From an uncultured Chloroflexia bacterium (GTDB lineage: Bacteria > Chloroflexota > Chloroflexia > Thermomicrobiales > UBA6265): a DNA stretch of 64,000 nt. Where the stretch lies: the NCBI GenBank assembly GCA_963724295.1, contig CAVRUC010000010.1:160001-224000 (forward strand), read 5' to 3'. The position numbers were made by a program, and so were the translations under genes. This document shows positions 1 through 12,178 of the stretch, piece after piece (within the stretch, counting starts at the first letter, position 1; each line of letters opens with the position of its first letter). The notes beneath the pieces are model-generated. The model ran no database searches. It had not been told where the DNA came from and saw nothing but the letters and a program-made list of their open reading frames with translations.

Positions 1-1292
1 CCGTTGGTATCCGCCCAGCCAGCATCGGCGAGGAGTTGCCTGGCCCGCTCCGGATCGTAGTCGTAGGTCTCTTCGACGCGCTCTGGTGCATAGGCGAACG
101 ACAGCTTTGGCTGCGTGCCACGGGCAACCTCACCGAGCCCGAGATAGATGTTGTTCTTGATCGCCTCTTTGTCGATGGCGATGAAGAGCGCCGCCCGCAC
201 CCGCTGATCCTGGAAGAGCGTGGTCTTCTCCGGGTCCATATTCAGACCGACGTAGGAGAAGGAATACCCCGGATAGATTTGGACCTCCAACCCCTCGGTG
301 TTCTGGACCTCCTCCACCTGCGGTGCTGGAATAATCTCGATGATGTCGATCTCACCGGCCTGGAGAGCCTCGACCTCGGTCGCGGGATCGGGCAGGACGC
401 GCATCACGTACTCATCGATCACCGGAAGAGCATTTGTGTCGTAGTAGTCGTCGTTCCGAACCAGCGTGACGCTCTCGCCTTGCCGCCACTCCTGGAACTT
501 GAACGGTCCCGTGCCGATGACGCGGGCGGGATCCTGGCCGGTACTGCCCGGGTCGTTTGGCCACTCCTCGGGCGCGACACCCTCCCAGATGTGCTTGGGC
601 ATGATGCTGACGGCCCACGGCACATCGTAGAGAAAGGTGGCGAACGGCTCCTTCGAAACCATTTCGAAGGTGTCGGGGTCGATCGCGCGGTAGGATTCGA
701 GCACTGGCAAGATCGAGGAACGGCGGGGATTCGGGCTCTGCTCATTCAGGGCGACGTCGAACGTGAACTGCACGTCGTCAGCCGTGACGTCGGTACCGTC
801 GTGCCACTTGGCGTCCTTGTTGAGATGGAAGGTGTAGGTCTTACCATCGGCCGCGATCTCATAGGAGTCCGCTAACCCCGGCGCTATCTGACCGTCAATC
901 GGATTGACGCCGACCAGCGGCTCGAAAATGAAACCCGTGACGTAGGCAGTGGGGTAGTCGGACGTGAGCAGTCCGTTGACTGTCGAGATATCCGACGTTT
1001 GACTCCAGATAACCTGGCCACCCTGATTCTGGGGCTCCTCGAACGCGAACTCTTCCCGCAGTTGGGCGTAGTACTCCTCGCGCGTGATCGAGCGGATGGC
1101 TTCGCCGCCGGCGGATGCCGTCTGCGGCGTCGCGTCCTGCGCGCGGGTCAGCATGGGCGCCAGCGCACCGAGCGTCCCGGTGGCGAGGCCCAGAGCGCCG
1201 GCTCCCACCATGAACCTGCGACGATCGATGCCGCGGCCGGTCAGTACCCGGTCCAGCTCGCTGGATGGCATTCGCTCTTCGGACTTTGTCAT
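1..1292 (-). CDS. ABC transporter substrate-binding protein, family 5 (peptide/nickel type), Tat-exported; 3' end runs off the window
   Basis: Not in the ORF track. Manual translation from ATG 1292 (RBS GAGGAGG) gives MTKSEERM...IDRRRFMVGAGALG (Tat motif)...PGLADSYEIAADGKTYTFHL..AKWHDG.DVTADDVQFTF...IGTGPFKFQEW, typical SBP_bac_5 motifs. Confidence 0.9.
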   Translation of the reverse strand, partial: MTKSEERMPSSELDRVLTGRGIDRRRFMVGAGALGLATGTLGALAPMLTRAQDATPQTASAGGEAIRSITREEYYAQLREEFAFEEPQNQGGQVIWSQTSDISTVNGLLTSDYPTAYVTGFIFEPLVGVNPIDGQIAPGLADSYEIAADGKTYTFHLNKDAKWHDGTDVTADDVQFTFDVALNEQSPNPRRSSILPVLESYRAIDPDTFEMVSKEPFATFLYDVPWAVSIMPKHIWEGVAPEEWPNDPGSTGQDPARVIGTGPFKFQEWRQGESVTLVRNDDYYDTNALPVIDEYVMRVLPDPATEVEALQAGEIDIIEIIPAPQVEEVQNTEGLEVQIYPGYSFSYVGLNMDPEKTTLFQDQRVRAALFIAIDKEAIKNNIYLGLGEVARGTQPKLSFAYAPERVEETYDYDPERARQLLADAGWADTN

Positions 1293-1686
1293 GTGACCTC
1301 CTCGCGGGTGTTGGTGCTCCGATGCACCACTACGGTATCGGCGGGCCATTCAGGATGTGTAGTTGATGCCGCGGACCAGGCGATCCTGACGTTCACCCCA
1401 GCCGCGGACTGAGGGAGGATACTACCATCATCATTTGCATAATCATCTTCGCAGGGATCGTGCCTTCCGCCAGCCTGACGGTGAATTTCGGGACGGATCA
1501 GCCTCGTGATCATGCCGCCTGCTACTTGAATCCCGACGTCTTGATCGACTCGACGAGCTGTCGCTAGAAAATGCGTCCGGTGACCGTCGGAGGCGATCGT
1601 CGCATCCAGCTTGCCACCTTGAGACACTGTCAACATTAGCGAATGAGTAACTCGGGATCTGGATCATCGAGGAGATGCCTCGCGAG

Positions 1687-2784
1687 ATGGAGAGATTCGA
1701 CGGACTTGGGATGGGATTGGGAACGCTGTCGCGATTGTCCACGGCGCAGACGCGTTCGATCAGCGCCGAGAACCCAACCGGCGAGCCGGGGCGGGGTGGC
1801 ATGGCCACCGAGGGAACCGGGGCGATCCCCGCCCGTGAGCTGGGACAGGGCTGGAAGGTCTCGCCTTCCATCGAGATCGCTGGCGGCGAGACGGTCACGT
1901 TGGTTGATGTCGAGGGGCCAGGCGCCATTCAGCACATCTGGCTGACGATCCATCCCCGGCATTGGCGGAGCCTCGTTTGGCGCATCTGGTGGGATGACGA
2001 GGAGACGCCCTCGGTCGAGACGCCACTCGGCGATTTCTTCTGCAGCGGTTGGGGAGAGCGCTGCAACGTCTCTTCGCTGCCGGTCGCGGTCAATCCCGCC
2101 GGTGGATTCAACTGTTACTGGGAAATGCCGTTTCGCCGTCGCGCCCGGATCTCGGTCGAGAATCTGAGCCCGGACCCGACGGCAGCCCTCTACTACCAGA
2201 TCACCTACACCCTGACCGATGTGCCGGATGATCGCGCGTATCTTCACGCCCAGTGGCGGCGGAGCAACCCACTTCCCTATCAGGAGGTGCACACCCTACT
2301 CGACGGCGTGCGCGGTCAGGGGCACTACGTGGGAACGTATCTCGCCTGGGGCGTCAACAACACCGGCTGGTGGGGCGAGGGCGAGATCAAGTTCTACCTC
2401 GACGCTGACAGCGAGTGGCCGACGATCTGCGGCACGGGCACGGAGGACTACTTCGGCGGGGCGTGGAACTTCGAGCATCCGCCCGGACAATATGGAACCT
2501 ACTCGACCCCGTTCCTCGGGTTACCACAGGTGATCCGGCCGGACGGTCTGTACCGCAGCCAGCAGCGGTTCGGGATGTATCGCTGGCACGTGATGGACCC
2601 GATCCGCTTCGCAGAGAAGCTGCGAGTGACGATTCAGGCCCTCGGGTGGCGGGCGCCATTGGAAGGTCAGAAGCGCTACCTTCCCCTTCAGGACGACATC
2701 GCCAGCACGGCGCTCTGGTATCAGTCGGAACCGCACGCGCCGTTCCCGGTCTTGCCGGATCTCAACGGGTTGGAAGTGGTGTAG
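1687..2784 (+). CDS. Glycoside hydrolase family 172 (DUF2961) protein
   Basis: Motifs RSISAENPTGE.G.GG, GPGAIQHIWLT, WWGEGEIKFYLD, TICGTGTEDYFGGAW, YRWHVMDPIRF. Start is 1687 or 1675. Confidence 0.85.
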   Translation: MERFDGLGMGLGTLSRLSTAQTRSISAENPTGEPGRGGMATEGTGAIPARELGQGWKVSPSIEIAGGETVTLVDVEGPGAIQHIWLTIHPRHWRSLVWRIWWDDEETPSVETPLGDFFCSGWGERCNVSSLPVAVNPAGGFNCYWEMPFRRRARISVENLSPDPTAALYYQITYTLTDVPDDRAYLHAQWRRSNPLPYQEVHTLLDGVRGQGHYVGTYLAWGVNNTGWWGEGEIKFYLDADSEWPTICGTGTEDYFGGAWNFEHPPGQYGTYSTPFLGLPQVIRPDGLYRSQQRFGMYRWHVMDPIRFAEKLRVTIQALGWRAPLEGQKRYLPLQDDIASTALWYQSEPHAPFPVLPDLNGLEVV

Positions 2785-2798
2785 CGGCGGCCCGGATC

Positions 2799-2968
2799 CC
2801 AACGGCCCTCACCCCCCTACCCCCCTCTCCCGTCGGAGCCGGGAGAGGGGGCTTTCTTGCCGCCCGGCGTAGCTCCCTTCTCCCCGCTCCGAGGGGGAGA
2901 AGGGCTGGGGATGAGGGGCGTCCGGAGAAGGGCCGGGGATGAGACGTAAGCGCTGGGGATGAGGGGAC
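2799..2968. repeat. BoxC-like pyrimidine/purine palindromic repeat, copy 1, between convergent genes
   Basis: CCCTCACCCCCCTACCCCCCTCTCCCG..CGGGAGAGGGGG..CCCTTCTCCCC..GGGGAGAAGGGCTGGGGATGAGGGG; near-identical copy at 19481-19601. Confidence 0.75.
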
Positions 2969-2969
2969 T

Positions 2970-3839
2970 TCAGACAATCTCCAACCCATAAAATCGAATC
3001 GCGTTGCCGCCGAAGACATTGGCCAACTCCTCAGGAGTGAGCGGCGGCAGCGCCTCTTCGAGCGCGCTCTTTACCGCGCCGTATGACCCGGCAAGCAGGC
3101 AGACCGGCCAGTCCGAGCCGTACATCACTCGCTCCGTGCCGAAGATGTCGACGGCTCGATGAACGTATGGTTTGAGATCGGATGGCGTCCAGTTGGCCCA
3201 GCTGGCCTCGGTGATCATGCCCGAGAGCTTGCACGAGACGTGCGGCAGTGAACGGAACGGCTCCAGCAGCGCGCTCCAGGCGTCGATCTCGCCGGATGCG
3301 ATCGGCGGTTTGGCGATGTGGTCGATGACGAAGCGCATCTCGGGCAGCGCTCTCGCCGTCGCCAGCGCCGCCGGCAGCTCGCGTGGGCGGACGAGAACGT
3401 CATAGGCCAACCCGGCATCTCGCACCGCCGCCAGACCGCGTTGCACATCCGGTCGCAGGAGCCACTCTGCGTCCTCCTCGTCATGGACCTGATGCCGGAT
3501 GCCGACGAGCGTCCGTCCGTTGGGTTGGGATCGTAGCTCGGCAAGTGTGTCCGCGACGGCTGGGTCGGTGAGATCGACCCAGCCGACGACACCCGCCACG
3601 AAGTCGGTCGCCGCGGCGGTTTCCATGAACTCCCGGGTCTCCCGCACGCTGGGTACCGTCTGCACCAGGACGGTGGAGTCGACGCCCGCCGCGGCCAGGA
3701 GTGGTCGCAGATCAGCCGGGCCGAACGTGCGGCGAATGGGGTCGAGCTCGGCGCCGGCCATCCAGTAGTAGTCGTGCCGGGAGGGTGTCCAGAAATGGTG
3801 GTGGGCGTCGACGACCGGAGTGCGGGTACGCGCGCTCAT
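2970..3839 (-). CDS. Amidohydrolase family protein (L-fuconolactonase-like sugar lactonase)
   Basis: VVDAHHHFW, GIRHQVHDE, FVIDHIAKP, CKLSGMITEA, RVMYGSDWPVC. Confidence 0.85.
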   Translation of the reverse strand: MSARTRTPVVDAHHHFWTPSRHDYYWMAGAELDPIRRTFGPADLRPLLAAAGVDSTVLVQTVPSVRETREFMETAAATDFVAGVVGWVDLTDPAVADTLAELRSQPNGRTLVGIRHQVHDEEDAEWLLRPDVQRGLAAVRDAGLAYDVLVRPRELPAALATARALPEMRFVIDHIAKPPIASGEIDAWSALLEPFRSLPHVSCKLSGMITEASWANWTPSDLKPYVHRAVDIFGTERVMYGSDWPVCLLAGSYGAVKSALEEALPPLTPEELANVFGGNAIRFYGLEIV

Positions 3840-3989
3840 GATCTTCTCCCTGATAGCGCAGCAGGCGGCGCAATCAATCGCGGCAACAGATTCCATCACT
3901 GGTCAGGAAGCGCATCGACCCAAAGCCACTTCACGCCGACAGCTGCTCGATTGTCGCCGAGGTGGCTCCTCCTCGTGACCACACCATCC

Positions 3990-4290
3990 CTTGGGCGGCG
4001 ACTCTTGCGGTCGGCGACGGTCATGACCGCGGATCTGATGTCGTCGATCTCACCGTCGCGGATGGTTGTTGCCGCGGGGTGTTAGCCGAGCTGGAGCCAG
4101 GCGGACCGCTAGCAGTGTTCGACGTCGCTGTCACGGTGCTCGCGGCCGGCGACGCCGGCCACCTCTGGGCGACGACCTCGAACCCCGAGGGCGCAACACC
4201 CGATAGCCTCCTGGCCATGGCGCTGCGGGCCGGAGCGACCGTCGCCGATACGGAGTTCGTCCAGTTTCACCCGACTGTGCTGGCGCCTCC
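3990..4290 (+). pseudogene. Degenerate internal fragment of L-aspartate oxidase (NadB)/SdhA-like flavoprotein
   Basis: VLAAGDAGHLWATTSNPEGATPD.LAMALRAGATVAD.EFVQFHPT resembles the NadB core. The N-terminal FAD motif and C-terminus are absent. Confidence 0.6.
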
Positions 4291-4518
4291 GGCGGAGCGG
4301 CGTTTCTCGTCTCGGAAGCAGTACGTGGCGAGGGCGGCTATTTGCGTGATGCCGCCAGCGAACGATTCAAGACCGCGGTCGATCGATGGACAGCACTCGC
4401 TCAGGGCAGCCGATGGATCATTTCACTACGGCTCTCTCGACGAGGCATACGCCAGCAAGGCACGCTAAGTCGCCTCGCCTGGGCACTCTGTCCTCGACCG
4501 CTCTCGTCGGCCCGGCGG

Positions 4519-7500
4519 CTACGGTTCTTCGGTCCTGACCTCCTCGGTGGACGGCTGATCCTCCTCATGCGGTTCCTGCCCGGGGTCGGGAGGCGACGGG
4601 TTGCCGTCGCCTCCGCTCGTCCCACCGCTCCCGCGACCGCCATCGGGTCCGGAGCTGGTGGATTGGTGGTCCCGGGCCCGGTGGTTGTGCCCGCGCTTCT
4701 TGGCGCCCTTGGCGTTCGCTTCCTTCGCGCCGTTGCGTCCCGCCTGGCCGGCCTCGACCACGGCGTCCCGCACCTGCCGCGCCGCGCGCGTGGCTGAAGA
4801 CTCAACCGTAGACGCTTGCGGCCCGTAAATCTCGACCTCGGCCAGGAAACCGAGCCGGGCTGGCCCATCCGTACCGACGTAGCGGAAGCGGACGTAGCGC
4901 GCGGCTCCGTCGACCTCCAGCATCTGCCACGTACCCGGCGCCACATCGCCGCCGCGCCCAACTGTCTTCCAGTGCTTGCGGTCGGTCGAGGTCTGGAGTT
5001 CCACTGCGCCGCCGGTCCTGGTCTGGAGCCAGCGGACGGCGATTACCGGCCGCTTCGCGCCCAGGTCGAACCAGACGTTCGCCTCCGCCTCGGCATCCTT
5101 CGTCGCCCAGGAGGTGCCGGGTTTGCCGTCGCGGGCAAGACCCGGCTTGCCGGCGCCGCCGGCACCGGTGATACGGTACGGCTGCTCTGCCGCTCCCTGT
5201 GGCGGTCCGTCCGATGACTCCGCCTTGGGTAGGTCACCGTCCGGCAGGTCCGGCGTTGGTTCGGCATCGGGCTGTTCGCCACCCTGGTCCTGATTGTTCG
5301 ACTCCTCGCTGCCCTCGGGCGACTGTTGGGCGACGGCGATCGTCACTTCCACCGGCTCCGAGGCGGCGACGCGCCCCTTCCGGTCGGTGGCGGTCGCCCG
5401 CAGGAGGTAGTCACCGGCGTCGAGGTTCTGGAAATCAATCTGCCGCTCGTAGGGTTCGGCGCGGGCGGTGCCGAGATCTCTCCAGCGCCCACCCTTCGCC
5501 GGCCGGACCTGGAAGGTCACCTTGGTCACCGCCGCGCCCTTGCCGTCGCCCGCGTCGACCTCGGCAGTCAGCGTCGCCTGGTCCGTGAGCGTCTCGCCCG
5601 CAGCTGGTGCGGTGAGTGTCACGTTCGCCGTCTGTGTTGGCGGCAAGTCGGATTGCACGGCCGCGGTTGCACTCTGACCGACGTGGACCGTTACGCCGGC
5701 CGAGATCCCGGCGTTTCCGACGTTGTCGAGAGCGCGCGCGATCAGGGTGTAGGTGCCGCTCTTCGGTAGGGTGTTCCAGGTCACGTGATATGGCCCGTCG
5801 CCGTCAGCAGCGCCGATTTGCTTGCTGCGGCCCCAGGTGCAGTCGGTGCCGCTGCAGTAGGCAACGTGGATTGAGTCGATCCCCGACAGCGCATCGTCGG
5901 CCTCGACTTCGATGACCTGGCCAGAGTCAACCTGAGCGTCGGCGGCGGGCCCAATGATCTCAACCGTTGGAGCCTCGCGGTCGGGAGTGACGGTGAACTC
6001 CGCCGTCGCCTCCAGGCCGGCGCCGTTGACGGCGGTCACCGACACGGGTCCGGACGCCGTGTCGCTGCTTTTCCACTTATAGAGGTGCTGATACGGATTG
6101 GTCGCGTCGGCTCCACCGTCGCGGCTGAAAACCTTCGGGAACAGCACCTGGGCAATACCAGACTCAGGGTCGCCGGTGGCCACGATCACCATGACGTTGC
6201 CGGAACGCTGGCCGGTCGGATTGTAGAAGAAGGTGTCGGTCGTGGCGTCGACGTGCTGGTAGGGCCTCGGCTGCGCCTGGCGCAGCGTCACGTCCGGCTC
6301 GGTTGGAGGCGTCGTGTCGCCGCCGACTGCCGCCCGTCACCGTGACATCGGTCGTGTAGTCAGTGAAGCCGTTGTTCTTGTCGATGATCCGACCGAGAAC
6401 GGTGTAGGTGCCCGCTTCATTGAAGATGCACTCGTGGTCGGCAGCCGTCTCGGCACTCTCGTAGTCCGGATCTCCCAGCGAACCGTTGTCGCAGGCGAAG
6501 TCGTAGCGGAAGCCGGCGTCGCGGTCGTCGCTCGAGGGATCCCCCGGGTCGGTAAAGGTGACCTGTACGGTCTCGCCAGTCACCACTGGTCCGTTGTTGC
6601 CAAGCGTGGCAGTCGGCACCAGGTTGGCGACTATCACCATACCATTGTACTCCTGCACGTCCCCGTCACCGTCGAGGACCGTGCCCTTGACGTTCCGTTG
6701 ACCGCTGTCGCTCGTCTGGCAGGTGGCGGTCGCCACTTCACCGAAGCCGCCGATCACGTCGTCGCCGCAGTCGAAGGCGTAGGTAGCGCCCTCTGGTCCA
6801 CCGGTCAGCGCCAGGTCGAACGAGCTCCCCTCGTCGACCGTCTCGGGGACCTCGAAGGTCGCCGTCGGGAGGACGTCGTCGATCCGGACGGTGGCCTGGT
6901 ATACCTGCTCGCCGCCGTCTTTATCTAGCAGCTTGCCGCGGACCATCCGCTGGCCGTTGCTAACGGTCGGACAACTCGCACTCGCGGTCTTGCCGACCGC
7001 AACGTAGCCGTTGCCGTCTCCGCAGTCGAACTCGTAGTCGAAGCCGGCAGCGACGTCGGCGGTCGACGGGTCGGTCGCCCCGGCGAATGTGAGGTCGATC
7101 GTGCTCCCTTCGTCGACCGCTTCAGGAGCCCCGAAGGAGGCGGTCGGTGGCACATTGGTGACCTCGACCTTCGTGGTGTACTCGCTGAAGCCGTCGTCCC
7201 TGTCGATGATCCGGGCGCGCACGGTCGCGGTGCTCGGTCCGTCGTCGAACGGGCAGATGACCGACGGCGCTTCGCCGCTGTCCTCATAGGGTGTGGTCCC
7301 GGGGAAGGCGCCGTCGCAGGCAAAGGCGTAATGGAACCCGGCTTCCGTGTCCGCCGCGGACGGGTCAAATGGGTCGGCGAACTGGATCGTGACCTCATTG
7401 CCTTCCGCGAGCGAGCCGCCGTTGCTGAGCTCGGCCTGTGGATTTGCGTTGATGACATCGACCATGAACGTCGCCGTGCCGAATGGAGGCTTAGCTTCGT

Positions 7501-10500
7501 CCTCACTCGAGCGCGCCTCGGCCACCTCTACAGTGACGGTATAGGAGCCCTCGGTGCGGTTGTCGGCGTAGACGTGTTCCAGCGGGGAGAGATTGCCTGG
7601 CTCCTCGACGATGATCGAATCCGAGGTTGCGCCGTCGCCCCAGGTCACGGTCGCGGTCCACGGCCCGTCGGTTCCGGGGTCGGAGAAGCTGCCCAGGGTG
7701 AAGAGCTGGCTGGCCCCTTCGGCCGCCTCCTGCGGCTCCGGTGCCGTCACCAGCGGCTGGACGTTCGTGACGGTAACCGCGACGGGCACCGTCGCCAGGC
7801 CGCCGTCGCCGTCAGTGGCGCGAACGTTGACGGTATATGATCCGTCGTCCGCGAAGGGGCAATTCGGTCCCGTCTCTACGAAATCCTCACCGTCACCATC
7901 GCAGTCGTAGGCGAGGGTGACCGGATCGTTCTCGCCGGCCGGGTCGCTCGCCTGCGGATCAAGGGTGACGGTCCCTCCCTCGGGAACTGGCGCCGGCGCC
8001 GGCACCTCCAGTGTCGGGTTCAGGTTTTCAACAGTCAGCAGGAGCTCGTCGGCACCGGTGCCCAGTTCCCCCTTTTCGTCGGCAACGGTGACGCGGATGG
8101 TGTAGGGGCCGTCGGCCGCGTTGTCGGCGTAGCGGTGGCTGAGCGCGAAGCCGCGCTCGGTCGGCGTCAACTCCTCGACCGGCGAGCCGTCGCCGTAGTC
8201 GACCGTCGCCACCCAATCGTCGGCGCCGGGGTCGGTGAAGGTAACGTCGCCGGAGAAGGTCGCCCCCTCGTCGATCGTGGCATCGGCACCGGCGTCGACC
8301 ACTGGCTTCAGATTGGCGACGATGATATCGAGCTCGGCGGTGCCGACGAGGGGCACTGGCCCCTCCGCGGTCGCCTCGGCGACGGTCACTTTCGCGACGT
8401 ACGCGCCGTCCTGGGCATAGGTATGCGCCAGGTCCGCAAGTTCGCCCGGCGCCTCGATGGGGTCGAGGGCGCTCGTCTCGCCGTCGCCCCAGTCAACGGT
8501 TAAGGTCCAGGGACCGTCAGGGCCGGGATCGGTGAAGCGTCCCAGGGAGAAGTCCTGGGCCACCCCCTCTTCGGCGGTCTGATCACCGGCCGCGGTCACG
8601 ACCGGGAGCGCGTTGGCAACGTCCACTTCGAAGGCGCCCGTGCCAACGCCGCCAGAGTTGTTGGTAATCTCGACAGTAACCGGATAGATGCCGTCGTCGG
8701 CGTAGGTGTGGTCAAGCCGGAACGTCTTGTCGGGGTTGAAAGGCAGCGGCTGCTTGCCGCGCCGTCGCCGTAATCGACCGTCGCCGTCCAGCCCGACCTG
8801 CCCGGGTTAATGAACGAACCGGTGCGTGCGAAGTTAGAGCCTTCGGTGCTGTTCCCGTCCGCGCCGGCATTGACGATCGGGTTACCGGTACCGATCGAGA
8901 GGACGAGTTGCTTGGTGTCGGCGGTCGCCACCCACCCTGGCTCGATCGTGGCGAACGCACCGGTTGGGGGGGTCCGTAGGTCAGCACCTGGAAGGTGCCG
9001 CCAGTTGGTGGCTCGAAGCCGCCGATCGTGTTCGCCGCCAGCGTCCCGCCCAGAGCAACCGGGCCTGAGAACCTGATCTGATCGTGGTGCGTCCCGGCGG
9101 TAGGCCCGCCGATTCGTAAGGCGAGCGTGCCCGTAGCGGTCTGGGTGAAGGGAACCGGGATGGAGAGGATGCCGGTTGGGGATCCGTCGGCCCGGGTCAG
9201 CGTCCCCTCGTTGCGGAAGCTGGCCTCGCCGGGTCCGCTACCTAGCGTGCCGAAGGACGGCGCGCCTACGACGATCAAGCGAGCCCCCGCCGCGTTGGCG
9301 AGTGTGGCACCGCGGTGGATGAAGATGATGCCCGCACCGAGCGTGCCACTGCCGCCATTGGCGACCGTGCCAGCCCGCAACTCCTTTTGCCCCCCTCCAT
9401 CCAGGATCAGCCCGCCTCTGGCCAGCAGCGTTCCGCCCCCATCCTTGATGCCACCCGTCCAGTTGAACCGGCGCGTGACCTCCAGATCGGATTCCAGCTT
9501 GAGCGTGCCCCCGCTCAGCCGCAACTCCTCCCCGATCGTCGAGGCGGCGCCGATGGTGGCGGTCCCGCTTGGGATCGTGACCACACCGGGGAAGTTGAGC
9601 GCCTTCGTGAAGGTCACGGTGCTGCGACTGATAACCTCGCCGGTGCCCAGGAGGCCGCCGTTGAGGGTCTGGGCGCCGCCGGTGAGCTCCAATGTCGTCC
9701 CAGCCCCGACGGTGAAGTTGCCGGCACTGATGCCGCCGCCGCTGAGGGCAAGACGACCGGCGTTGACCTCAACCGCGCCGGCGTTGTGGAACGCGACAGA
9801 GATGGACGTCGCCCCGGTCCCGGTCCCCGCCGTCTTGACGAGCCGGCCCTCGTTGCGGAAGGTCGCCTCGGCAGCGGCATTGCCGAGCGGGAACAGCCGA
9901 CTGGTCGGCCGTAACCTCGAGTGTGGCTCCCGCCGCATTGAGGAGCGTGGCGCCCCGGTGGATGAAGACCGTGCCCGCACCAAGCGTGCCACTCCCGCCA
10001 TTGGTGACCGTACCGGCGACCAGCTCCTTTTGCCCTCCCCTCCAGCGCAGCCCGCCACTGGCCAGCAGCGTTCCGCTCCCGCCCTTGGCGCCGGCATTCC
10101 AGATGACCTGCCCCCGACCTCCAGGCCGGCGGCATGGTTGAGCGTGCCTCCGCTCAACCTCAGAGTCGCTATCGAACGTCGAGGCGGCGCCGAGGGTGGC
10201 GGTCCCACTCGCGACCGTGACCGCACCGGAGAAGATCGAGCGCCTTCGCGAAGATGACGGTGCCGCCACTGACGGTCACAGTCCCGTCAACGTCGAACAT
10301 GCCGTTGACGTCCGCTCGGCCGCTGCTGAAGACAACGTTGCCAGCACCGGAGACGACGTTGCCGGTGTCCACGAGGCCGCCGTCGAGAGTATGGATGCCT
10401 CCGAACTGCAGGGTTGCCCCCTCCGCCACCGCGAAGCTGTGGATTGGCGCCGATTTCGTGCCCGTGCCGGTGGGAACGGAGGAGCCACCGCCATTGAGGG

Positions 10501-12178
10501 TGAGACGACCGGCGTTGAGCGTGTCGGTGCCAGCGTCGATCACGACGGTACCGGCATTGTCGAAGCGAACTAAGACGGTCGTCGTCCCGGCCGGGACGTT
10601 GGGCACCTTGACCACCGCCTCCTTGACGAGCCGGCCCTCGTTGCGGAAGGCCGCCTCGGCAGCGGCATTGCCGAGCGGGAACAGCGCCTGGTCGGCCGTA
10701 ACCTCGAGTGTGGCTCCCGCCGCATTGAGGAGCGTGGCGCCGCGGTGGATGAAGACGGTGCCCGCCCCAAGTGTGCCACTGCCGCCATTGGTGACCGTGC
10801 CAGCGACCAGCTCCTTTTGCCCTCCTCCATCCAGCGTGAGACCGCCACTCGTAGCCTGACCGGCGGTCAGCGCCCCGGCCCCGGCCTTGGCGCCGCCACT
10901 CCAGATGAATTCGCCTGGGACGGCCAAGGCAGCGGCCAGGTTGAGGGTGCCCCCGCTCAGCCGCAACTCCTTCCCGATCGTCGAGGCGGCACCGAGGGTG
11001 GTGGTCCCACTCGAGATCGTCAGTACACCGGGGAAAGTGAGCGCCTTCGTGAAGGTCACGGTGCTACGGCTGATAACCTCGCCGGTGCCCAGGAGGCCGC
11101 CGTTGAGGGTCTGGGTGGTCCCGGTGAGTTCCAGCGTCGCCCCGGTTTCGACCGTGAAGTCGCCGGCACTGCTGCCGCCGCCGCTGAGGATGAGTCGACC
11201 GGCGTTGAGCGTGCCGGCGCCGGAGTTGATCACAACGGTGCCGGCGTTGTCGAAGCGAACGGAGACCGACGTCGTCCCGACCGTGGCGCCGGCCTTCTTG
11301 ACGAGCGTGCCCTCGTTGCGGAAGGTCGCCTCGGCGGTGCCGCTGCCGAGCGGGAACAACCCCTGGTTGGCCGTGATCTCGAGCGTGGCTCCCGCCGCAT
11401 TGAGGAGCGTCGCGCCTCGGTGGATGAAGACCGTGCCCGCACCGAGCGTGCCGGCACCGGCATTGGTGACCGTGCCGGCCCGGAGCTCCTTTTGCCCGCC
11501 TCCATCCAGGGACAGCCCGCCTCTGGCCAGCAGCGTTCCGTTCCCCTCCTTGAAGCCACCACTCCAGGTGAACTTGCCCGAGACCCCCAGGGTCGCGGCA
11601 TGGTTGAGCGTGCCCCCGCTCAATGTCACCTTGCCGCCGATGGTCGACTCGAGACCTGCGACAGTGAAGGTGCCGTTCGTGAGGGTGAGGTCCTTGCGGC
11701 TTAGCAGGTCTCCTGCCAGCGAGAGGGAGCCTCCGGAGATCGTCAGGTTCTCGTCGCTGCTCAGGCTCGCGATCGTGGTAGTCAAGCCGTTGTAGACGAT
11801 GGTGGTACCGGAGAGGTCTGGCAGGCAGACGTGATCGCCCGCCGCCGGGACGCGGTCGAGGTCCCAGTTGCTGGGGTTAATCCAGAAGTCGGAGCCCGCG
11901 TCGCGGTTCCAGGTGATCGTCGTGGCGTCCGGGCATTCGAACGCAGGCGTCTGCGCCATGACCGGGGCAGCACCTGGGCTGGCGGCGGCGAGGAGCGCAA
12001 GCAGCAGGGCCGCGACATAGGCGAGCGGTGCCGTGGCACGTGCGGGGCGGGCGGCACGAGAAGCAATCGATCCCAGCATCATGGTCCATGCCTCGGCGCG
12101 AATCGCGCCCATCTCTATCGAGCGAACACCCGGCTGGCTCCATCGAAACATCCCGATCTCCGGATCGATGGTCACCAC
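4519..12178 (-). CDS. Giant secreted/surface protein (~2500 aa if joined): signal peptide, Gly-rich beta-helix-like repeats, multiple PKD/Ig-like domains, F5/8-type C (discoidin)-like domain; split by several frameshifts
   Basis: Overlapping same-strand ORFs 10169-12178, 9769-10269, 8712-10226, 8596-8931, 6164-8626 and 4519-6291 continue each other's domains (VDWGDG/VDYGDG/HTYAD PKD motifs; WFDLG..ARYVRF discoidin motifs). Start is uncertain, possibly ATG 12082. Confidence 0.75.
9200..11625 (-). repeat. Four internal copies of a ~110-aa coding repeat within the giant protein
   Basis: L(R/T)LSGGTL..GGGQKEL.AGTV.NGGSGTLGAG..FIHRGATL.NAAGA.L..FRNEG.L recurs at about 11290-11620, 10620-10965, 9830-10165 and 9200-9525 with high DNA identity. 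Confidence 0.8.

Noticed and set aside
36..875. Long antisense or alternative-frame ORFs (e.g. 36-875, 9127-10257, 50015-51577, 26710-27798, 38764-40095)
   Set aside because: Shadow ORFs typical of high-GC DNA that overlap genes with clear family motifs
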